From: an uncultured Gemmatimonadales bacterium
GTDB taxonomy: Bacteria; Gemmatimonadota; Gemmatimonadetes; Longimicrobiales; RSA9
Direction of reading: 5' to 3'
Length of the DNA stretch: 64,000 bases
Assembly (NCBI GenBank): GCA_963708135.1
Contig: OY970192.1
Span: 1,152,001 to 1,216,000 of the forward strand
The notes under the pieces are model-generated. The model saw nothing but the letters and a program-made list of their open reading frames with translations. It was not told where the DNA came from and ran no database searches. The position numbers and the translations under genes are program-made. The first letter of the stretch is position 1. Each line of letters starts with the position of its first letter. Positions 38,838-48,307 of this stretch are shown piece after piece.

Positions 38838-40151
38838 ATGATCCGTTCAGCCCCGCCGGCGCCAGCGCCATTGCCCGAAGGCGCGGGACAGGCGGCCGCC
38901 GGCCTACGAGTGCTCTGGATCACTTCGGCTTATCCGGCCAACGCGGAAGATCCGCGCGGGACGTTTATCCGGACCATGGCGCGATCTCTCGCGGCGGCCG
39001 GGGTGCGAATCACTGTGCTCGCACCCGCCGGCCCTCAAACCGTCGCGGAGGAAGACTGGGAGGGTGTCCACGTCGTTCGGGCGCGTTACTGGTTCAAGCG
39101 GCACCAACGATTGGCGGTCGGTGTCGGGGGTGTTGTTCCGAACCTGCGGAGCCAGCCCCTCCTGGCATTCCAGCTCCCGACGTTTGTTCTCAGCCTCTGC
39201 TGGAAAGCCTTGTGGCTGGCGCGCGGCGCGGATCTTGTGCACGCCCACTGGGTTTATCCGTCAGGCTTGGCGGCGTGCCTGGCTGGTTATTTCAACCGCA
39301 GGCCCTTTGTGGTAACCAGCCACGGTGGAGACCTGAATCTTGCCGACCGGGTTCCTCCGTTTCGTATCCTCTCGCGTGCGGTGGCGAAAGGAGCGGACGC
39401 ATGCGTCGCGGTGAGCCAGGCGTTGATTCAGAAGTTCGCCGCCTTGGGTGTGCCGCGTAGCCGCCTACATCTCATTCCGTGCGGTGTCGATGCTCCAGAG
39501 GATCTCCTTCCTCCGGATCGGCTTTCGAGAACGGCGGTCTACACCCGGCTCCGGTCATCAACCGAATTCCGAGTGCTTTATGTCGGGAGCCTGATCCCGA
39601 GGAAGTCAGTCGCCACGCTCCTCGAAGCCCACCGCCTGCTGCAAGCCCGCGGGCACTCCCTCCTCACCGTTATCGTTGGCACCGGACCGGCCGAGTCCGA
39701 GCTGCAGCAAGCGGCAAAGCTGGTAGGCCTGCGAGGCGTCTTCTTCGCCGGGCAACAAGAGCCCTCGTCGATCCCTTTCTGGATGAGGATGAGCGATGTT
39801 CTGGTGCTGCCCTCCAGGTCGGAGGGTAGGCCGGTCGTTGTACTTCAGGCCATGGCCAACCAGCTGCCGGTCGTGGCAAGCGATATCCCGGGTACCCGCG
39901 ATCTCGTTGAGGACGAGTCAACCGGCTTCCTCTTCCGCGCTGGCTCCGCGCCGGCGCTTGCCGAGGTGCTTGCCCGTCTTGAGCGCGCGCCGGACGTCCG
40001 CGCGCGTACCGCTGCAGCGGCTCTGGATCGTATTGTCGCGGAGGATCTGCTCTCAGACGGAATCGCCCGTCGCCACATGGCTCTCTATCAAGCCCTGATC
40101 ACGGGGCGTGGCACCGAAGCAGGCTCTGCGCAGAGCGAGGTGGAGCCTTGA
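38838..40151 (+). CDS. glycosyltransferase family 4
   Basis: HAHWVYPSG, TSHGGD, VGSLIPRK, PSRSEGRPVV. Confidence 0.9.
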   Translation: MIRSAPPAPAPLPEGAGQAAAGLRVLWITSAYPANAEDPRGTFIRTMARSLAAAGVRITVLAPAGPQTVAEEDWEGVHVVRARYWFKRHQRLAVGVGGVVPNLRSQPLLAFQLPTFVLSLCWKALWLARGADLVHAHWVYPSGLAACLAGYFNRRPFVVTSHGGDLNLADRVPPFRILSRAVAKGADACVAVSQALIQKFAALGVPRSRLHLIPCGVDAPEDLLPPDRLSRTAVYTRLRSSTEFRVLYVGSLIPRKSVATLLEAHRLLQARGHSLLTVIVGTGPAESELQQAAKLVGLRGVFFAGQQEPSSIPFWMRMSDVLVLPSRSEGRPVVVLQAMANQLPVVASDIPGTRDLVEDESTGFLFRAGSAPALAEVLARLERAPDVRARTAAAALDRIVAEDLLSDGIARRHMALYQALITGRGTEAGSAQSEVEP

Positions 40152-42235
40152 GTTCAGTGTGGCGGCGTTTCGCTCTCTCCGACCCCCGAGCCGGAATTGG
40201 CCGCCTCATCGGGACGGCGGCGGTGGCCGCATGCGTCGTTGCGCACATTTTCGCGTCTCAGCATTATTACATGACGCTCACGGGCCCGTTGCTGGTCCTC
40301 GACCACGGGTTCGACCTGCTCGCGCCCCTCGCGCTGCTAGCCCTCGCGACCGGCGTCGGCGTATCCGCGCTTCGCATGGCGAGGATCCCGGTCGAGGGCG
40401 CCGCGGAGCGGCTCCTCTTCGCGACCGCCCTCGGCATCGGGATCACGGCGACGAGCCTCCTGGCCGTCCTCGCCGCGGCCGGTGTGAGTCCGGCCGGGAT
40501 CGTAACCACCCTCGTGGGCCTCGCCGTGCTCTGCCGGCGCGATCTGGCGTGCGTGCCCGCGCTCGCGAGCCGCACGGCGCGGGAGGTCCTCGCCGCATAT
40601 TCGGTTCGCGCCCGCTGGTTCATCGGTCTTCCGATCGCTGCCGCCAGTGCGGCGGTTCTCTCTCTCGCGCTACTGCCGCCGCTGGATTGGGACTCCCTGA
40701 CATATCACCTCGAGGTTCCCCGGCAGTGGCTCGCGCAGGGGCGAATCGAGCTACCCCCGGACAACCTCCATGCGGTCTTCGTCGGCGTTGCCCATTTTAT
40801 GGATCTCCCGCTCCTCGCCGCGGGCAGCATTGCAGGCCCGGCTGTGCTTAGTGCCCTCTCGGTTCTGCTACTCGCACTGGCCGTTTGGGTGGCAGCCCGG
40901 GAGCTGTTCGATCGAAAGGTCGCGACCTGGGCGGCGTTGCTGCTGTGGGGGAGCCCGATCCTGGTCGTGGTCGGCGGCAGCCCGCGAATCGACGCGACGC
41001 TGACGTTCTTTCTATTCCTCGCGCATTATGCTGCGCTCAAGGAGACCGCTCAGACTGCGCCCGGCAAGATGCTGCGGCTATCCGCTGCGCTCGTGGGATT
41101 CGGGGTCGGAATCAAGCTGCTGGCGCTGCCATTCGCGTTCACCCTGGCGCCGCTCATCGTCTGGCGCCTCGAATGGAACCGGCGCGGCTGGCGGGAGTCG
41201 GCTCGAGAGACGACGATCTACGCCCTGATCGCAGCGCTCGCGGCCGCGCCTTGCCTCCTCAAGAACGCGGTCCTTGTCGGAACGCCTTTTTATCCCTTAT
41301 CGTCCGGCGCCCGACTGGAACCCTGGCTGGCCGCCGTGGCCCCTCCCGGCGCCGGCGACTCGCTCGCACACGCCGCGGGAATGGTCGTTCGCGGCTACCG
41401 GCATCGCTTCAACATCCCTGATTTTTTCCTGCACCCTTGGCTCATCACGCCCGGTGGGGCTTTCTTCGGCAACCCGGCGTTCCTCCTGCTTCCCCTGGCT
41501 GCATTCGGCGCGTGGCGCCGTCGCGCTTTCTTCCTGGCGGGGCCGGCGCTGGTTTACATCGCGGGATTGCTCGCCTTCGGCTCGGGGTATACGAATCTCC
41601 GCTACCTCATGCCTGCCGTTCCGCAGCTCACCGTCGGCTCGGCGGCGGCCGTCCGGACCGGAGTGGCGCTCATCCCGTTCCGGCGGCTGCGCCCGTGGGC
41701 CGCGGTGCTGCCGGCCGCCCTGGCGGGGCTGGTAGCGCTTGCGCCGCTGTGGTTCGTGGCCGCGACCAGCGCGCTTCCGTTTGCGCTCGGCAGGGTCTCC
41801 CGGGCGGACGTCCTGGAGGGGCTCCCGGAGGTCGCCAACCTCTACCGTGCATCGACCTGGGCAAATCGGATGCTTCCGCGCCGTAGCCGGACGCTGATGC
41901 TCTTTGAGTCCCGCGCCTTCTATTTCCGACACGCCAACCTCGCGGATGGGCTGACACAGAACTGGAGCGTGCTGCGCACACTTGCGCAAGGACAGGACTG
42001 CTTTGGTGATCTCGGAATCACCAATATGCTCGTAAACACGGAAATGATCCAGTATTATGAGAGCCGCGGCGATGACTACTCGGCGGTCGGCTGGGGTGAG
42101 TTCCCGGCCTACGCGCGTCGCTGCCTGGTTCCGCTCTACCGTGCGGGCGGGATCACCCTCTACGCCATACGCGGCGCCAGCGCGGCTCCCACCGGAGAGC
42201 CGGCGGCGGCCGGGCGGGACGGCCCCCGCCCGTAA
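40148..42235 (+). CDS. polytopic membrane protein, probable GT-C (ArnT/PMT-like) glycosyltransferase
   Basis: WDSLTYHLEVP, GVGIKL, KNAVLVGTPFYP, RYLMP; many TM helices. Confidence 0.7.
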   Translation: MSSVWRRFALSDPRAGIGRLIGTAAVAACVVAHIFASQHYYMTLTGPLLVLDHGFDLLAPLALLALATGVGVSALRMARIPVEGAAERLLFATALGIGITATSLLAVLAAAGVSPAGIVTTLVGLAVLCRRDLACVPALASRTAREVLAAYSVRARWFIGLPIAAASAAVLSLALLPPLDWDSLTYHLEVPRQWLAQGRIELPPDNLHAVFVGVAHFMDLPLLAAGSIAGPAVLSALSVLLLALAVWVAARELFDRKVATWAALLLWGSPILVVVGGSPRIDATLTFFLFLAHYAALKETAQTAPGKMLRLSAALVGFGVGIKLLALPFAFTLAPLIVWRLEWNRRGWRESARETTIYALIAALAAAPCLLKNAVLVGTPFYPLSSGARLEPWLAAVAPPGAGDSLAHAAGMVVRGYRHRFNIPDFFLHPWLITPGGAFFGNPAFLLLPLAAFGAWRRRAFFLAGPALVYIAGLLAFGSGYTNLRYLMPAVPQLTVGSAAAVRTGVALIPFRRLRPWAAVLPAALAGLVALAPLWFVAATSALPFALGRVSRADVLEGLPEVANLYRASTWANRMLPRRSRTLMLFESRAFYFRHANLADGLTQNWSVLRTLAQGQDCFGDLGITNMLVNTEMIQYYESRGDDYSAVGWGEFPAYARRCLVPLYRAGGITLYAIRGASAAPTGEPAAAGRDGPRP

Positions 42236-42392
42236 CGTTCGGGGGGCGAGGTTCCCTGGGGGCCCCGACCGGCCCCGCGTTCCGTTCTCCCTTGTCCCGG
42301 GGCCCCCAATGGCCCATACTGTTCCTGGCTAATCCTTTCGCGGTCCTCCCCCGGGCAGGCCCGGGCCGCACTAACGACTCCCCAGAGGGGCA

Positions 42393-44498
42393 ATGCCTGG
42401 CAACGGCGCAGAGGCGGCGGCACTCCGTGCGGCACTGACGGAGAGCGCCCTGTCGCTCGATTCGGTCCTTGAGGTCTTCGAGCATCTGCCGGACGCCGTG
42501 CTGTTGCTGGACGCGGCGGGCCGGGTGGTGTACGCGAACTGGAAGGCGGCGCATCTCTTCGAGCGCTCGGTGACGGAGCTGCTGGGCGCCTCGCTGGCCG
42601 AGCTGGCGGAGGACCCCGGGCCGGCGGCGTGGCTGGCGGACCTCGAGCGGGCGCGCGGGCAGAACGCGAGCGCGCGCCTGCAGGCGTTCGACGCGGCGCA
42701 CAACGCGTGGCTGGAGATCCAGGCGCACCCGGCGGGCCCGCTCACGACGCTCTTCATCCGCGACGTCTCGGACCGCAAGTTCGCGGAGGGGGCGCTGGGG
42801 GACAGCAACCGGTTCGTGTCGGCGATCCTGGGGAGCATCCAGGAGGGGATCGCGGTATTCGACACGGAGCGTCGCTGCACGCACTGGAACGGCTTCATGG
42901 AGGAGCTGACGGGGCTGACGGCGGCGCGGGCGCTCAGCCGCAAGGCGGCGGAGGTGCTGCCGCACGAGCGGCTGCCGCGGCTGCTGGAGAACGCGCTGCG
43001 GGGGGAGACGGCGCGCTCGCCCGACCTGCGCCTGCCGGGCGCCGAGGCGGAGGAGCGCTACGTCGTGGCGCGCTTCGGGCCGCAGCACTCGCCGGCGGGG
43101 GAGATCGTGGGCGCGGTGGGCGTCTTCGACGAGACCACGGACCGGGTGCAGGCGGAGCATCGGCTGCTGCGCTCGGCGCTGCACGATCCGCTGACGCAGC
43201 TGCCGAACCGGGGCTTCTTCGTGGACCGGCTGAAGCGGGCGATCCGGCGGGCGCAGCACGGGCGCTCCTCGTTCGGGGTGCTGTTCCTGGACCTGGACCG
43301 CTTCAAGGTGGTGAACGACAGCCTGGGTCACCTGGCGGGGGACGAGCTGCTGGTGCAGACGGCGCGGCGGCTGGAGCGCTGCGTGCGGCCGGGCGACACG
43401 GTGGCGCGCCTGGGCGGCGACGAGTTCGCGATGCTGCTCTACGGCCTCGAGCGGGAGGAGGAGGCGACGGGGGTGGCGCAGCGGGTCCAGGAGGAGCTGG
43501 CGGCGCCGTTCGAGCTGCTCGGCCGGCCGGTGACGACGGCGGCGAGCATCGGCATCGCGCTGAGCGATCACGGCTACATGCAGCCGGAGGACATGCTGCG
43601 CGACGCCGACCTGGCCATGTACCGCGCCAAGGAGCACGGCAAGGGGCGCTGCGAGGTGTTCGGCCAGGAGATGCACCTGCACGCGCTGGACCTGCTGCAG
43701 CTCGAGACCGACCTGCGCCAGGCGCTGGAGGGGGACCAGTTCGTGCTCGAGTACCAGCCGATCGTGGCGCTCAAGGGCGGGGACATGGTGGGCCTCGAGG
43801 CGCTGCTGCGCTGGAACCACCCGGAGCGCGGCTGGCTCGCGCCGGGCAAGTTCATCTCGGTGGCGGAGGAGACCGGACTGATCCTGCCGATCGGCGCGTG
43901 GGTGCTCCAGCGCGCGTGCGAGCAGCTGCGCGAGTGGGGGGAGCAGATCCCCTCCGCCGTGAGCCTGCTGGTGCACGTGAACCTGTCCGGCCGGCAGTTC
44001 ACGCACAGCGAGGGGATCGCGCAGGTCATGCGCGTGCTGCGCGAGGCCGGGCCGATCGGCTCGCAGATCTGCCTCGAGATCACCGAGAGCATCATCCTCG
44101 AGGGCGCCGACGCCCTCGCCCGCGACCTGGCCGACCTGCGCGACATGGGCGCCCGCCTCTCCATCGACGACTTCGGCACCGGCTACTCCTCGCTCAGCTA
44201 CCTGCACCGCTTCCCCTTCGACACGCTGAAGATCGACCGCTCCTTCATCAGCCCGACGCACGGGTCGAGCAACCTCGAGATCGTGCGCGCCATCACGCAC
44301 CTGGCCCACAACCTGGGCATGGAGGTGGTGGCGGAGGGGATCGAGTCCGAGGACCAGTACCTGGCGCTGCGCGAGCTCGGCTGCGAGATGGGGCAGGGCT
44401 ACTTCTTCTCGCGGCCGCTCGACGTCGCGGCCACCACGGCGCTCGTGCGCGAGCGCGACACCCAGGCCGTGGCCCACTGGGAGGAGCGCACCGCGTGA
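42393..44498 (+). CDS. PAS-PAS-GGDEF-EAL diguanylate cyclase/phosphodiesterase
   Basis: HDPLTQLPNR, RPGD I-site, GGDEF, EALLRW, DDFGTGYSS. Confidence 0.95.
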   Translation: MPGNGAEAAALRAALTESALSLDSVLEVFEHLPDAVLLLDAAGRVVYANWKAAHLFERSVTELLGASLAELAEDPGPAAWLADLERARGQNASARLQAFDAAHNAWLEIQAHPAGPLTTLFIRDVSDRKFAEGALGDSNRFVSAILGSIQEGIAVFDTERRCTHWNGFMEELTGLTAARALSRKAAEVLPHERLPRLLENALRGETARSPDLRLPGAEAEERYVVARFGPQHSPAGEIVGAVGVFDETTDRVQAEHRLLRSALHDPLTQLPNRGFFVDRLKRAIRRAQHGRSSFGVLFLDLDRFKVVNDSLGHLAGDELLVQTARRLERCVRPGDTVARLGGDEFAMLLYGLEREEEATGVAQRVQEELAAPFELLGRPVTTAASIGIALSDHGYMQPEDMLRDADLAMYRAKEHGKGRCEVFGQEMHLHALDLLQLETDLRQALEGDQFVLEYQPIVALKGGDMVGLEALLRWNHPERGWLAPGKFISVAEETGLILPIGAWVLQRACEQLREWGEQIPSAVSLLVHVNLSGRQFTHSEGIAQVMRVLREAGPIGSQICLEITESIILEGADALARDLADLRDMGARLSIDDFGTGYSSLSYLHRFPFDTLKIDRSFISPTHGSSNLEIVRAITHLAHNLGMEVVAEGIESEDQYLALRELGCEMGQGYFFSRPLDVAATTALVRERDTQAVAHWEERTA

Positions 44499-46261
44499 GC
44501 GGCGGCCCGCGCGCGGCGCGGGAGGAGCTGGACTACCGCTCGCTCTTCCTCGACGCTCCCGAGCCGATCTTCGTGCTGGACGCCTCCGGCACGGTGGTGG
44601 GGGCGAACCGCGCGCTGCTCGAGCTGCTGGACCGCCCGCGCGCCGAAGTCGTGGGCCGGCACGCGCGCGCGTGCCTGGTGGACCCCGAGGACTGGGCGGC
44701 GTGCGTGCGCCGGCTCGATGTCCGGCGCGGCGCGCGCGGCATCGAGGTCCGGCTCCAGCGGCGGGACGGCGCGGTCGTGGACTGCCTGCTCTCGGTGGCG
44801 GCCGTGGACGGCGCGGGCCGCCGATCTCCCGCGCTCTGGCAGGGCATGCTCGTGGACATCGGCGCACGCAAGCGGGCCGAGCAGAGCGTGCTCGACGCGG
44901 CGCTCTTCGACGCGCTCACGGGGCTGCCCAACCGCGCCCGCTTCATGGACCGGCTGGAGCAGGCGGTGCGGCGCATGCGGCGGCGGCCGGAGGAGAACTT
45001 CGCGCTGCTCTTCATCGACCTGGACCGCTTCAAGGTCGTGAACGACAGCCTCGGCCACCTGGTGGGCGACGAGCTGCTCGCGCGCATCGCGCGCCGGCTG
45101 GAGGCGTGCATCCGGACGGTGGACATGGTGGCCCGCATGGGCGGCGACGAGTTCGCGATCCTGCTCGACGGGGTGGACGGGCTCATGGACGCGACGCGCG
45201 TGGCCGGCCGCATCGAGGAGCAGCTCGGCTCCCCCTTCGAGCTGGCCGGGCGCGAGGTCTTCGCCAGCGCCAGCATCGGCATCACGCTCGGCCGCGCCGG
45301 CTACCGCCGGCCGGACGAGGCGCTGCGCGACGCCGACATCGCCATGTACCAGGCCAAGGCGGGCGGCCGCCCCTACGAGATCTTCGACGAGGGGATGTAC
45401 GCGCAGGTGGTCGAGCGGCTCCAGCTCGAGACCGACCTGCGCCGCGCCGCCGACCGCCACGAGTTCATCGTCCACTACCAGCCGATCGTCTCCATCCAGT
45501 CCGGCCACCTGCTCGGCTTCGAGGCGCTGCTGCGCTGGGAGCACCCGGAGCGCGGGCTGCTGCTGCCGGACGCCTTCCTCGGCGTGGCCGAGGAGATGGG
45601 CCTGGTCGTCCCGATCGGCTGGCGCCTGCTCGACGACGCCTGCCGCCAGCTGCGCCGCTGGCAGGACCGCTACCCCGCCGTGCCCGCCCTCGCCATGAGC
45701 GTCAACATGTCCGCCCGCCAGCTCTTCCAGCCCGACTTCGTCGAGCGCGTCGTGGGCGCCGTGCGCCGCAGCGGCGTCGCCGAGGGCAGCCTCTACATCG
45801 AGATCACCGAGAACGAGATCACCGGCAACGTCGACAGCGCCGCCCAGACCCTCGGCCGCCTCAAGGCCGCCGGCATCCGCCTCTCCATCGACGACTTCGG
45901 CACCGGCTACAGCTCCCTCAGCTACCTGCACCGCCTCCCCTTCGACGTGCTCAAGATCGACCGCTCCTTCGTCAGCGCCATCGACGGCGGCAGCGGCCCG
46001 CCCGAGCTCGTCTGGTCGATCGTCGCCCTCGCCCACAACCTCGGCATGCGCGTCGTCGGCGAGGGCATCGAGACCGCCGAGCAGCTCGATGAGCTGCGCG
46101 CGCTGCGCTGCGAGTACGGCCAGGGCTTCTTCTTCTCCGGCGCCGTGGACGGCGACGCCGCCGCCGCCTTCATCGCGGCCGGCCTGCCCGCCGCCGCTGC
46201 GCCCCCGTCCCCCGTGCCACGCGGGGCGGACGGGGCATTTGCCGCCCCCGCCAACAATTGA
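44495..46261 (+). CDS. PAS-GGDEF-EAL diguanylate cyclase/phosphodiesterase
   Basis: DALTGLPNR, RTVD I-site, GGDEF, EALLRW, DDFGTGYSS; GTGA overlap. Confidence 0.95.
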   Translation: MSGGPRAAREELDYRSLFLDAPEPIFVLDASGTVVGANRALLELLDRPRAEVVGRHARACLVDPEDWAACVRRLDVRRGARGIEVRLQRRDGAVVDCLLSVAAVDGAGRRSPALWQGMLVDIGARKRAEQSVLDAALFDALTGLPNRARFMDRLEQAVRRMRRRPEENFALLFIDLDRFKVVNDSLGHLVGDELLARIARRLEACIRTVDMVARMGGDEFAILLDGVDGLMDATRVAGRIEEQLGSPFELAGREVFASASIGITLGRAGYRRPDEALRDADIAMYQAKAGGRPYEIFDEGMYAQVVERLQLETDLRRAADRHEFIVHYQPIVSIQSGHLLGFEALLRWEHPERGLLLPDAFLGVAEEMGLVVPIGWRLLDDACRQLRRWQDRYPAVPALAMSVNMSARQLFQPDFVERVVGAVRRSGVAEGSLYIEITENEITGNVDSAAQTLGRLKAAGIRLSIDDFGTGYSSLSYLHRLPFDVLKIDRSFVSAIDGGSGPPELVWSIVALAHNLGMRVVGEGIETAEQLDELRALRCEYGQGFFFSGAVDGDAAAAFIAAGLPAAAAPPSPVPRGADGAFAAPANN

Positions 46262-46462
46262 CTGAACGGCCGCGCGCATCTATACTTGGCGCACTGTAGG
46301 ACACTGGGGGCATGCGCCGGACAATCAGCGGCGCGCTCGATGCCTCGTTCCGCTCGAATATCCAGGTTGGTCCGCCAGGCCGGCGGGATCCGGCCGACCA
46401 CCGCTGCCGACGGCGTGCCGTGCGCGTGCGCCCCTTCCGCGCAAGCCGTTGCGGAGAGTTCC

Positions 46463-48307
46463 ATGTCGCTCAGGACCAAGATCCTCCTCCTTTTCGGCGC
46501 GCTCGCGGTCGTCCCGATGGTCGCCATCGGGGTGGCCGACTACTACCAGTCCCTCTACGCCCTCGGCGCCGTCATCGAGACCAAGGCGCAGGCCACCTCC
46601 GAGGCCCGCGCCCGCACCATCCTCGACCGCCACGCCCAGGCCGAGCTCGCCGTCACGGAGCTCGCCGCCGCCCGCCCGCTCCGGCTCCTCTTCCGCGGCC
46701 CCCGACCCGCTCCCGGCGCCTGGCGCGACGCCATCCTCGGCCAGCTCGCCGCCATGGATCCGTCCGCCTCCGGCCTCTTCGCCTCCTTCGAGGTGCTCGA
46801 CGCCGGCGGCCGCCGCATCGCCCTCGTCCAGGACAGCGCCGGCCGCGCCGCCGGCGACGGCGGGGGCTGCTCCGCTCCGCTCCGCTCCGCCGCCTTCGAG
46901 CGCCCCGTCATCAGCGCCGACGGCTGGACCGTCGGCCGGCTGCGCGCCGTGCCGCGCGCGGACGGCCTCTTCCCGGCCGCCATCATCGGCGACCGCTTCG
47001 GCGCCACGGGGATGGACCTCGTGGTGGACCGCAGGGACGGCCGCATCGTCTACTCGGATCCGTGCGAGCTGGTCGCGCGCTCCTTCCCCGCCGTCGTGCA
47101 CGTGGACGGCGCGCGCTGGAGAGCGGTGCTGGTGGGCGGCTCCGCCACCTTCCGGGTGCGCCGCGACAGCATCGAGTACGTCGTCGCCGCGGCGCCCGTG
47201 CCGCGCGCGGACTGGCTCTACCTCACCATGGTCCCGCTGCGCGAGTTCACCTCGCCCTACGCCAAGGCGCGCTCCCTCTGGCTGCTGCTCGTGGTCGGCG
47301 TGGGCGCCGCCGCGGGCCTCGCCTTCCTCGTCCTCAGCCGCCGCCCGCTGCTCGCGCTGCGGCGCCTGTCGGGCGCGGCCGACGCCATCGGCCGCGGCGA
47401 GTTCTCGCTCTGGCTGCCGCCCGGCGGCGGCGACGACGAGGTCGGCCGCCTCTCGCAGGCGTTCGTGCGCATGACGGCGCGCCTCAAGGACCTGATGCGC
47501 CAGGTCGAGTTCGGCCGGCAGCTCCGCGTGGTCGGCCAGATGGGCGCCTACGTGGCGCACGAGATCCGCAATCCGCTCGGCGCCATCAGCATCCACCTCG
47601 AGAGCCTCGCCCGCGAGGTGGACCGGGGCCGTACGCCCGAGCGCACCGGAACGGTGCTGCACCTGGCCCTCGACGAGATCCGCCGCCTCGAGGACATCGT
47701 CAACAGCTTCCTCGCCCTCGGCCAGACCCAGAGCGGCGAGCGCACCCCCACCGCGCTGCACCGCGTCGTGGAGGCGGCGCTCACCGTGCTGCGCGGGGAG
47801 CTCGGCCGGCGCGGGCTGCACGCGGAGTTCGCCGCGCTGGCGCCGGAGAACACGGTGGTCGCGGACCGCGCGGCGCTCCAGGGCGCGCTCGTCAATTTGC
47901 TGTTGAACGCCGCCGACGCCTCGCCGCCCGGGGGGACCGTCCGCATGTGGACGGAGATCGCCTCCGACCTGGCCGGCGAGCGCGTGCTCCGCCTGCACAT
48001 CGCGGACGAGGGGAGCGGCGTGGCGCCCGAGATGCGCGAGCACATCTTCGAGCCGTTCTTCACGACCAAGCCGCGCGGCAACGGCATCGGCCTGCCGGTG
48101 GCGCGCCAGATCGTCGAGGAGCACGGCGGGCGGCTCTACTGCGAGAGCCCGGCCGAGACGGCGGGCGGGGCGGAGTTCGTGCTGGAGCTGCCGCTGGCCG
48201 CGCCGGCCGCGGCGGGGCGCTCCTTCCCGGGGCTCGAGCGTGCGGCGCACGGCGAGGAGCTCGCGGGCGCGGGATCCTCGAACGCGAACGCGAGGAAGGT
48301 CATGTGA
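46463..48307 (+). CDS. membrane sensor histidine kinase (periplasmic domain, HAMP, HisKA, HATPase)
   Basis: Two TM helices, DEVGRLSQAF, AHEIRNPL, NLLLNA, FFTTKPRGNGIGL. Confidence 0.94.
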   Translation: MSLRTKILLLFGALAVVPMVAIGVADYYQSLYALGAVIETKAQATSEARARTILDRHAQAELAVTELAAARPLRLLFRGPRPAPGAWRDAILGQLAAMDPSASGLFASFEVLDAGGRRIALVQDSAGRAAGDGGGCSAPLRSAAFERPVISADGWTVGRLRAVPRADGLFPAAIIGDRFGATGMDLVVDRRDGRIVYSDPCELVARSFPAVVHVDGARWRAVLVGGSATFRVRRDSIEYVVAAAPVPRADWLYLTMVPLREFTSPYAKARSLWLLLVVGVGAAAGLAFLVLSRRPLLALRRLSGAADAIGRGEFSLWLPPGGGDDEVGRLSQAFVRMTARLKDLMRQVEFGRQLRVVGQMGAYVAHEIRNPLGAISIHLESLAREVDRGRTPERTGTVLHLALDEIRRLEDIVNSFLALGQTQSGERTPTALHRVVEAALTVLRGELGRRGLHAEFAALAPENTVVADRAALQGALVNLLLNAADASPPGGTVRMWTEIASDLAGERVLRLHIADEGSGVAPEMREHIFEPFFTTKPRGNGIGLPVARQIVEEHGGRLYCESPAETAGGAEFVLELPLAAPAAAGRSFPGLERAAHGEELAGAGSSNANARKVM

